Source: a virus
Taxonomy: Duplodnaviria; Heunggongvirae; Uroviricota; Caudoviricetes
Reading direction: 5' to 3' (one strand)
Virus record (IMG/VR): IMGVR_UViG_2740892258_000012
Length of the DNA stretch: 5,216 nucleotides
Shown here in pieces: positions 1 through 5,216 of this stretch (position 1 is its first letter; each line of letters starts with the position of its first letter). The notes under the pieces are model-generated. The model was not told where the DNA came from and made no database searches. It was given only the letters and a program-made list of their open reading frames with translations. Made by a program: the position numbers and the translations under genes.

Positions 1-678
1 TGGATGGCAGGCCTCAGGTCCGGCTGGAGCGAGTGGGAAGAGAGCGCCACGGACAGTATGTCGCAGGTTAAAAGTGCTGCCACGCAGACCTTTGATGGTA
101 TTGCGCAGAATATGGCGGCGATGCTGACCGGCAGTGAACAGAACTGGCGCAGCTTCACCCGTTCCGTGCTGTCCATGATGACAGAAATTCTGCTTAAGCA
201 GGCAATGGTGGGGATTGTCGGGAGTATCGGCAGCGCCATTGGCGGGGCTGTTGGTGGCGGCGCATCCGCGTCAGGCGGTACAGCCATTCAGGCCGCTGCG
301 GCGAAACTCCATTTTGCAACCGGAGGATTTACGGGAACCGGCGGCAAATATGAGCCAGCGGGGATTGTTCACCGTGGTGAATTTGTCTTCACGAAGGAGG
401 CAACCAGCCGGATTGGTGTCGGCAACCTGTACCGCCTGATGCGGGGCTATGCGGAAGGTGGTTATGTGGGCGGTGCCGGAAGTCCGGCGCAGATGCGGCG
501 GGCTGAAGGCATTAATTTTAATCAGAACAATCACGTGGTGATTCAGAACGACGGTACGAATGGTCTGCCAGGTCCACAGATGATGAAGGCGGTGTATGAC
601 ATGGCCCGCAAGGGTGCCCGTGATGAAATCCAGGCACAGATGCGCGATGGTGGTCTGTTCTCCGGAGGTGGACGATGA
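1..678 (+). CDS. H: Tail tape measure protein, C-terminal part (lambda gpH-like); 5' end lies outside the window
   Basis: The frame is open from position 1 and stops at TGA 676-678. The translation (...SEWEESATDSMSQVKSAATQTFDGIAQNMAAMLTGSEQNWRSF...DGGLFSGGGR) matches my recollection of the lambda gpH C-terminus almost residue for residue, including the Gly-rich tract. The stop overlaps the next gene's start (ATGA), typical of lambdoid tail operons. Confidence 0.9.
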   Translation, partial: WMAGLRSGWSEWEESATDSMSQVKSAATQTFDGIAQNMAAMLTGSEQNWRSFTRSVLSMMTEILLKQAMVGIVGSIGSAIGGAVGGGASASGGTAIQAAAAKLHFATGGFTGTGGKYEPAGIVHRGEFVFTKEATSRIGVGNLYRLMRGYAEGGYVGGAGSPAQMRRAEGINFNQNNHVVIQNDGTNGLPGPQMMKAVYDMARKGARDEIQAQMRDGGLFSGGGR

Positions 679-1004
679 AAACCTTCCGCTGGAAAGTGAA
701 ACCCGGGATGGATGTGACATCGGCTCCTTCCGTCAGGGAGGTGCGCTTTGGTGATGGCTATTCCCAGCGTGCGCCTGCCGGGCTGAACGCTGACCTGAAA
801 ACGTACAGCGTGACGCTGTCTGTCTCCCGTGAGGAGGCCACGGCGCTGGAGTCGTTTCTGGCTGAGCACGGGGGCTGGAAGGCCTTTCTGTGGACGCCGC
901 CTTATGGTTACAGGCAGATAAAGGTGACCTGCGCAAAATGGTCGTCGCGGGTCAGTATGCTGCGTGTTGAGTTCAGCGCAGAGTTTGAACAGGTGGTGAA
1001 CTGA
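675..1004 (+). CDS. M: Minor tail protein M (lambda gpM-like), 109 aa, apparently intact
   Basis: ATG at 675 overlaps the H stop. The 109-aa product MKTFRWKVKPGMDV...RVEFSAEFEQVVN has the same length and near-identical sequence to lambda gpM as I remember it. Its stop at 1002-1004 overlaps the next ATG (TGATG). Confidence 0.93.
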   Translation: MKTFRWKVKPGMDVTSAPSVREVRFGDGYSQRAPAGLNADLKTYSVTLSVSREEATALESFLAEHGGWKAFLWTPPYGYRQIKVTCAKWSSRVSMLRVEFSAEFEQVVN

Positions 1005-1858
1005 TGCAGGATATCCGGCAGGAAACATTGAATGAATGCACCCGTGCGGAGCAGTCGGCCAGCGTGGTGCTCTGGGAAATCGATCTGACAGAGGTCGGTG
1101 GAGAACGTTATTTTTTCTGTAATGAGCAGAACGAAAAAGGTGAGCCGGTCACCTGGCAGGGGCGACAGTATCAGCCGTATCCCATTCAGGGGAGTAGTTT
1201 TGAACTGAATGGCAAAGGCACCAGTACGCGCCCCACGCTGACGGTTTCTAACCTGTACGGTATGGTCACCGGGATGGTGGAAGATCTGCAGAGTCTGGTC
1301 GGCGGAACGGTGGTCGTGAAAACGGGGGCTGAAGCCATCCGGGCACTGGCCACACAGCTCCCGGCGTTTCGTCAGAAACTGAGCGATGGCTGGTATCAGG
1401 TACGGATTGCCGGGCGGGATGCAGGAGAAACCGAATTATCATCCCGTCTTAATGAGCCGCTGGCAAATGGTGCCGTGATCCACATCGTGCCGCGTCTTGC
1501 GGGAGCAAAAAGTGGCGGTGTGTTTCAGGCGGTGCTGGGTGCGGCGTTGATTGCTACGGCAATCTGGATGCCGGGGATCAGTATCGCTTTCAGTGACATT
1601 CTCTTTTCAATGGGTGCGGCGATGACGCTTGGTGGTGTGGCGCAGATGCTGGCACCGAAAGCCAGAACTCCCCGTACACAGACAACGGATAACGGCAAAC
1701 AGAACACCTATTTCTCCTCACTGGATAACATGGTTGCCCAGGGCAATGTCCTGCCTGTTCTGTACGGTGAAATGCGCGTGGGGTCACGTGTGGCATCTCA
1801 GGAGATCAGCACGGCAGATGAAGGGGATGGTGGTCAGGTTGTGGTAATTGGGCGGTAA
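1004..1858 (+). CDS. In-frame fusion of tail tip protein L (N-terminal ~105 aa) to tail assembly protein I (C-terminal ~180 aa); probable deletion derivative with K absent
   Basis: Residues 1 to about 105 (MQDIRQETLNECTRAEQSASVVLWEIDLTEVGGERYFFCNEQNEKGEPVTWQGRQYQPYPIQGS...LVGGTVV) match lambda gpL N-terminus. From about residue 106 (KTGAEAIRALATQLPAFRQKLSDGWYQVRIAGRD...KARTPRTQTTDNGKQNTYFSSLDNMVAQGNVLPVLYGEMRVGSRV.SQEISTADEGDGGQVVVIGR) it matches the gpI C-terminal part, including the exact gpI C-terminus. No gpK-like sequence appears in any frame. Junction is near nt 1313-1321. Confidence 0.85.
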   Translation: MQDIRQETLNECTRAEQSASVVLWEIDLTEVGGERYFFCNEQNEKGEPVTWQGRQYQPYPIQGSSFELNGKGTSTRPTLTVSNLYGMVTGMVEDLQSLVGGTVVVKTGAEAIRALATQLPAFRQKLSDGWYQVRIAGRDAGETELSSRLNEPLANGAVIHIVPRLAGAKSGGVFQAVLGAALIATAIWMPGISIAFSDILFSMGAAMTLGGVAQMLAPKARTPRTQTTDNGKQNTYFSSLDNMVAQGNVLPVLYGEMRVGSRVASQEISTADEGDGGQVVVIGR

Positions 1859-1879
1859 TATTATTTTACTCATGTTCTA

Positions 1880-1915
1880 ACTAATTTAATATTTATATCG
1901 AACACTGATAATTAT
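1880..1915 (+). promoter_or_regulatory. Candidate sigma70-like promoter region upstream of the lipoprotein gene (weak)
   Basis: Very AT-rich stretch with a -10-like GATAAT at 1907-1912, but no convincing -35 hexamer at 17-18 bp spacing. Proposed only because the downstream gene sits in an inserted AT-rich segment and probably needs its own promoter. Confidence 0.2.
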
Positions 1916-1931
1916 TCTATTGGTTAGCTAT

Positions 1932-2270
1932 ATGAACAAAACGATTTTATTCTGCACGATTATTGCCTTAACAGGATGTAAATCTTTGGATTACGTAAAA
2001 TCCGGAAAACCTGTAATGGAAGGTAATTCATTAAAAAATATTGATGAATTGTCAGGCTGCATATCCAGACAATGGGCTGGTAATGGAACACCTATAACAT
2101 CCCTTCCTATTGAGAATGGGGTAAGCCTTTTAGTTCCACAGGCTATGGGGGGATATGATGTTGTGCTTGATATCAAAAAAGCAGGAAATGGCAGTAGTTT
2201 TACTCTTTATGAACGTGTACCAGCATTAACGCCAAAAATTTTTGCTGATAGTGTTAATGCATGTAAATAA
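1932..2270 (+). CDS. Putative lipoprotein (moron/cargo gene) of unknown function, 112 aa
   Basis: ORF with ATG at 1932 (the track's TTG start at 1920 is an alternative); TAA at 2268-2270 followed immediately by TAG. N-terminus MNKTILFCTIIALTGC has a basic n-region, hydrophobic core and lipobox L-T-G-C (Cys16), the pattern of a signal peptidase II substrate. Residue +2 is Lys, not Asp, so outer-membrane sorting is plausible. The gene lies in a visibly AT-rich segment between I and J. No recognisable Shine-Dalgarno and no homolog I can name. Confidence 0.7.
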   Translation: MNKTILFCTIIALTGCKSLDYVKSGKPVMEGNSLKNIDELSGCISRQWAGNGTPITSLPIENGVSLLVPQAMGGYDVVLDIKKAGNGSSFTLYERVPALTPKIFADSVNACK

Positions 2271-2294
2271 TAGTTAATCCTGTCGTAACTCATG

Positions 2295-2322
2295 AGCCGC
2301 CTTTTGGGCGGCTTTGTTGTTT
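2295..2322 (+). terminator. Rho-independent terminator downstream of the lipoprotein gene
   Basis: Perfect 7-bp GC-rich stem AGCCGCC (2295-2301) / GGCGGCT (2307-2313) with loop TTTTG, followed by the T-rich run TTGTTGTTT (2314-2322). It sits 25 nt after the lipoprotein stop and just before the J ribosome-binding site (GAGGA 2331-2335, ATG 2337). Confidence 0.65.
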
Positions 2323-2336
2323 ATGGAGTGTGAGGA

Positions 2337-2630
2337 ATGGGTAAAGGAAGCAGTAAGGGGCATACCCCGCGCGAAGCGAGGGACAACCTGAAGTCCACGC
2401 AGCTGCTGAGTGTGATCGATGCCATCAGCGAAGGGCCGGTTGAAGGTCCGGTGGACGGATTAAAAAGCGTGCTGCTGAACAGTACGCCGGTGCTGGACAG
2501 TGAGGGGAATACCTCAGTGATTTCTGCTCGGCGATGCGCTGTATGCCGGTATGGAACGGGCAGACGCTGACGTTCGTGCAGGACCGACCGTCGGATAAGG
2601 TGTGGACCTATAACCGCAGTAATGTGGTAG
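2337..2630 (+). pseudogene. J: Tail tip/host-specificity protein J remnant (lambda gpJ-like), internally deleted and frameshifted
   Basis: Nt 2337 to about 2510 encode MGKGSSKGHTPREARDNLKSTQLLSVIDAISEGPVEGPVDGLKSVLLNSTPVLDSEGNT, matching the lambda gpJ N-terminus. From about 2513 a different frame (+1 shift) encodes LSDFCSAMRCMPVWNGQTLTFVQDRPSDKVWTYNRSNVV, which matches an internal gpJ segment several hundred residues further in. The start-codon frame stops at TGA 2568-2570. Well over 90 percent of a normal J gene (about 1100 codons) is missing. Confidence 0.85.
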
Positions 2631-2862
2631 GACGCTACGACAGCACAAAAAGGAATTGTCCAGCTCAGTAGTGCAACCAACAGCACATCTGAAATGCTGG
2701 CGGCAACGCCAAAGTCGGTAAAGGCAGCCTATGACCTTGCTAACGGGAAATATACTGCTCAGGACGCTACGACAGCACAAAAAGGAATTGTCCAGCTCAG
2801 TAGTGCAACCAACAGCGCATCTGAAACGCTTGCCGCGACACCGAAAGCAGTGAAAGCAGCTA
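2631..2862 (+). repeat. Two tandem 132-nt (44-codon) repeat units at the 5' end of the stf fragment
   Basis: Unit 1 (2631-2762) and unit 2 (2763-2862 onward) both encode [18 protein letters not shown](T/A)SE(M/T)LAATPK(S/A)VKAA. Their first ~68 nt differ at only two positions, while the next ~30 nt carry many synonymous differences. Confidence 0.85.
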
Positions 2863-4097
2863 ATAATAATGCGAATGGTCGGGTACCTTCTGCCCGTAAG
2901 GTGAATGGTAAGGCGCTTTCAGCGGATATAACACTGACGCCGAAAGATATTGGTACGCTTAACTCAACAACAATGTCATTCAGCGGTGGTGCTGGTTGGT
3001 TCAAATTAGCAACGGTAACCATGCCACAGGCGAGTTCTGTTGTTTCAATTACGTTGATTGGTGGTGCGGGATTTAACGTGGGGTCACCTCAACAGGCAGG
3101 TATATCTGAACTTGTTTTGCGTGCAGGTAATGGTAATCCGAAGGGGATTACTGGTGCTTTATGGCAGCGCACATCGACAGGGTTTACAAATTTTGCCTGG
3201 GTCAATACATCTGGTGATACTTACGATATTTACGTTGCAATCGGAAATTATGCGACTGGTGTAAATATTCAATGGGATTATACCAGTAATGCCAGCGTGA
3301 CGATTCATACGTCACCAGCATATTCTGCTAATAAGCCGGAAGGGTTAACGGACGGTACAGTTTATTCACTCTATACGCCATCAGAGCAGTTTTATCCGCC
3401 TGGCGCACCAATCCCGTGGCCATCAGATACCGTTCCGTCTGGCTATGCCCTGATGCAGGGGCAGACTTTTGACAAATCTGCATACCCGAAACTTGCAGCC
3501 GCTTATCCGTCAGGCGTGATCCCTGATATGCGTGGCTGGACGATTAAGGGCAAACCCGCCAGTGGTCGTGCCGTATTGTCTCAGGAACAGGACGGCATTA
3601 AATCGCACACCCACAGCGCCAGCGCATCCAGTACGGATTTGGGGACGAAAAACACATCGTCGTTTGATTACGGAACCAAATCCACGAATAACACCGGGGC
3701 GCATACGCACAGTCTGAGTGGCTCTACGGGGTCTGCCGGTGATCATACTCATGGTAATGGTATTCGTTGGCCAGGAGGCGGCGGTTCTGCGTTAGCATTT
3801 TATGATGGCGGTGGGTTCACTTATGTCCAGGATTCACAGTATCAAGTAAGCCCGGGGACTTCTTCCCGTAGATCGTATTATCAACGTATTCAGACACAGT
3901 CAGCAGGTGCTCATACCCACTCGCTGTCTGGTACTGCAGCAAGTTCTGGCGCACATGCACATACTGTAGGTATTGGTGCGCATACGCACTCCGTTGCGAT
4001 TGGTTCACATGGACACACCATCACCGTTAACGCTGCTGGTAACGCGGAAAACACCGTCAAAAACATCGCATTTAACTATATTGTGAGGCTTGCATAA
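2694..4097 (+). CDS. stf: Side tail fibre protein Stf, C-terminal portion (N-terminally truncated); homology runs upstream to nt 2631
   Basis: The 467-aa ORF ends ...[24 protein letters not shown], the characteristic lambda Stf C-terminus, and carries the conserved [71 protein letters not shown] block and multiple GAH(T/A)HS motifs. The same frame is open from 2631, directly after the J remnant and a TAG at 2628-2630, so the first in-frame ATG at 2694 is at best a fortuitous restart. The N-terminal tail-attachment region of Stf is absent. Confidence 0.85.
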   Translation: MLAATPKSVKAAYDLANGKYTAQDATTAQKGIVQLSSATNSASETLAATPKAVKAANNNANGRVPSARKVNGKALSADITLTPKDIGTLNSTTMSFSGGAGWFKLATVTMPQASSVVSITLIGGAGFNVGSPQQAGISELVLRAGNGNPKGITGALWQRTSTGFTNFAWVNTSGDTYDIYVAIGNYATGVNIQWDYTSNASVTIHTSPAYSANKPEGLTDGTVYSLYTPSEQFYPPGAPIPWPSDTVPSGYALMQGQTFDKSAYPKLAAAYPSGVIPDMRGWTIKGKPASGRAVLSQEQDGIKSHTHSASASSTDLGTKNTSSFDYGTKSTNNTGAHTHSLSGSTGSAGDHTHGNGIRWPGGGGSALAFYDGGGFTYVQDSQYQVSPGTSSRRSYYQRIQTQSAGAHTHSLSGTAASSGAHAHTVGIGAHTHSVAIGSHGHTITVNAAGNAENTVKNIAFNYIVRLA

Positions 4098-4672
4098 TGG
4101 CATTCAGAATGAGTGAACAAGCACGGACCATAAAAATTTATAATCTGCTGGCCGGAACTAATGAATTTATTGGTGAAGGTGACGCATATATTCCGCCTCA
4201 TACAGGTCTGCCAGCAAACAGTACCGATATTGCACCACCAGATATTCCTGCTGGCTTTGTGGCTGTTTTCAACAGTGATGAGGCATCGTGGCATCTCGTT
4301 GAAGACCATCGGGGTAAAACGGTTTATGACGTAGCGTCAGGGGACGAGTTATTTATTTCTGAACTCGGTCCGTTACCGGAAAATGTTACCTGGTTATCGC
4401 CGGAAGGGGAGTTTCAGAAGTGGAACGGCACAGCCTGGGTGAAGGATACGGAAGCAGAAAAAATGTTCCGGATCCGGGAGGCGGAAGAAACAAAAAACAA
4501 CCTGATGCAGGTAGCCAGTGAGCATATTGCGCCGCTTCAGGATGCTGCAGATCTGGAAATTGCAACGGAGGAAGAAACCTCATTGCTGGAAGCCTGGAAA
4601 AAGTATCGGGTGTTGCTGAACCGTGTTGATACATCAACTGCACCTGATATTGAGTGGCCTACGAGAAGGTAA
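4097..4672 (+). CDS. tfa: Tail fibre assembly protein Tfa (lambda Tfa-like), 191 aa, with a variant 3' end
   Basis: ATG at 4097 overlaps the stf stop (TAATG). The product [121 protein letters not shown]... matches lambda Tfa closely. The final residues ...DIEWPTRR* differ from the ...[11 protein letters not shown] ending encoded by the downstream duplicate. Confidence 0.9.
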   Translation: MAFRMSEQARTIKIYNLLAGTNEFIGEGDAYIPPHTGLPANSTDIAPPDIPAGFVAVFNSDEASWHLVEDHRGKTVYDVASGDELFISELGPLPENVTWLSPEGEFQKWNGTAWVKDTEAEKMFRIREAEETKNNLMQVASEHIAPLQDAADLEIATEEETSLLEAWKKYRVLLNRVDTSTAPDIEWPTRR

Positions 4673-4793
4673 AACATGGAAATGGAATCAAATTGACCAT
4701 GTAACGCCGCGGGATAAGGTTCAAAAACATCATGGCTAATTTTATGTTTAATTTTTGATTCCCCAGCCCTTGTAGATGCCGCGTTCAGGCTAG

Positions 4794-4931
4794 CTTCGTT
4801 CAAATCCATTAAAGATATCAGACTACTCTCCGTTGCTGGAGGCATGGAATAAATATCGGGTATTGTTGAATCGTGTTGATACATCAACTGCACCTGATAT
4901 TGAGTGGCCTGCAAATCCTGTCAGGGAGTAA
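4794..4931 (+). pseudogene. Degenerate duplicate of the tfa 3' end (last ~33 codons), same orientation
   Basis: Nt 4833-4910 are about 91 percent identical to nt 4583-4660 of tfa (7 mismatches in 78, last 41 nt identical). The frame reads ...[33 protein letters not shown] with stop at 4929-4931. It is bounded upstream by an in-frame TAG at 4791-4793 and has no start codon or upstream tfa body. Confidence 0.8.
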
Positions 4932-5045
4932 TCATTGGGATTATGCCGCAGACACGTCGTATGCAGGAACGTGCTGCGGTTAGTTTGTGAGCTTTCGATA
5001 GTGGTTGTTATTTTTGCCCTTATTTGTTCCGGAGGCCATGGTTCA

Positions 5046-5216
5046 ATGGTCCGTCTGCCCCCTGTGGTGATGTCAGCAAAATCAGTCACTGCGCGAACCA
5101 CAATAGCCCGGGAAGATGCTGAAGATCACCAGGTAAAGCTATCAGCGCAGAAACTGGAAGAACTGCTCGCATCAATGGTTAAGGATGAGGTTGATCGCAA
5201 TGATGGGATTTATTGA
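5046..5216 (+). CDS. Hypothetical small protein (56 aa from the RBS-supported ATG; in-frame ORF extends to 4935)
   Basis: GGAGG at 5031-5035 lies 10 nt upstream of ATG 5046. The ORF encodes MVRLPPVVMSAKSVTARTTIAREDAEDHQVKLSAQKLEELLASMVKDEVDRNDGIY and stops at TGA 5214-5216, exactly at the window edge. The C-terminal half is charged and probably helical. I recognise no homolog. The longer 93-aa version from 4935 has a Cys/Val-rich N-terminus of poor coding plausibility. Confidence 0.4.
   Translation: MVRLPPVVMSAKSVTARTTIAREDAEDHQVKLSAQKLEELLASMVKDEVDRNDGIY

Noticed and set aside
215-1028. Alternative-frame and antisense ORFs overlapping H and M (215-439 +, 271-720 -, 543-1028 -, 733-936 -)
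   Set aside because: They lie entirely inside regions whose + strand frames give near-exact matches to lambda gpH and gpM. Long spurious ORFs are expected in GC-rich coding DNA, and none has a recognisable start context or product.
1525-1847. ORFs 1525-1707 (-), 1590-1796 (-) and 1629-1847 (+) inside the L-I fusion gene
   Set aside because: They overlap the gpI-homologous reading frame, and their products are Cys/Arg/Pro-rich low-complexity translations typical of out-of-frame reading of GC-rich genes.
1991-2176. Antisense 61-aa ORF within the lipoprotein gene
   Set aside because: It is fully embedded in the better-supported lipoprotein ORF, which has a signal peptide and a downstream terminator. 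It has no ribosome-binding site or distinctive features of its own.
1859-2322. Insertion sequence or transposon as the origin of the AT-rich segment
   Set aside because: There is no transposase-like ORF, no terminal inverted repeats and no obvious target-site duplication flanking the segment. It looks like a simple moron insertion.
2631-2862. Possible CRISPR array or other non-coding tandem repeat
   Set aside because: The repeat has a 132-nt period, lies within a continuous protein-coding frame with Stf homology, and shows no short repeat/spacer alternation. It is a protein-level repeat in the fibre shaft.
2321-3022. Minus-strand ORFs 2321-2686, 2514-2780 and 2759-3022 across the J remnant and stf 5' region
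   Set aside because: They are antisense to sequence with clear J and Stf homology on the + strand, so they are most likely non-coding shadows.
3058-4309. Internal ORFs 3058-3264 (+), 3510-3752 (-), 3532-3717 (+), 3817-4008 (-) and 4076-4309 (-) within stf and the tfa start
   Set aside because: All are embedded in, or antisense to, the well-supported stf and tfa frames, with no independent evidence.
4673-4832. Small RNA gene or promoter in the unique segment between the tfa end and its duplicate
   Set aside because: I found no convincing -35/-10 pair and no stable hairpin with a U-tract. The only ORF is a 6-codon peptide (ATGGAAATGGAATCAAATTGA at 4676-4696). Without expression data it remains unsupported.
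4583-4931. Pin/Gin/Cin-type invertible tail-fibre segment (shufflon-like switch)
   Set aside because: The duplicated tfa ends are in direct, not inverted, orientation. I see no recognisable gix/pix-like crossover site and no invertase gene in the window. An invertase downstream of the window cannot be excluded.
4386-5101. Minus-strand ORFs 4386-4643, 4537-4914 and 4823-5101
   Set aside because: The first two are antisense to tfa. The second and third read through the two tfa-end repeat copies, which explains the similarity between their C-terminal residues. No start context supports them.

Overview
This window is the distal tail-gene block of a lambda-like (lambdoid) enterobacterial prophage, all on the + strand, and it looks decayed rather than functional. 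Calls rest on my recall of phage lambda protein sequences; no database search or computed statistic was possible. In order: the 3' end of the tape-measure gene (H-like, runs off the 5' edge), an intact M-like gene, a single ORF that joins the N-terminal part of L to the C-terminal part of I in frame (K is absent), a roughly 460-bp AT-rich insertion carrying a lipoprotein gene with its own terminator, a short frameshifted remnant of J, an N-terminally truncated side tail fibre gene (stf) with a 132-nt tandem repeat and His-rich HxH repeats, an apparently full-length tail fibre assembly gene (tfa), a degenerate direct duplicate of the tfa 3' end, and a small unrecognised ORF ending at the window edge. 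The most interesting candidate for something new is the lipoprotein moron between I and J; its function is unknown and any role in superinfection exclusion or surface modification is hypothesis only. No rRNA, tRNA, CRISPR array, transposase or invertase gene was found.
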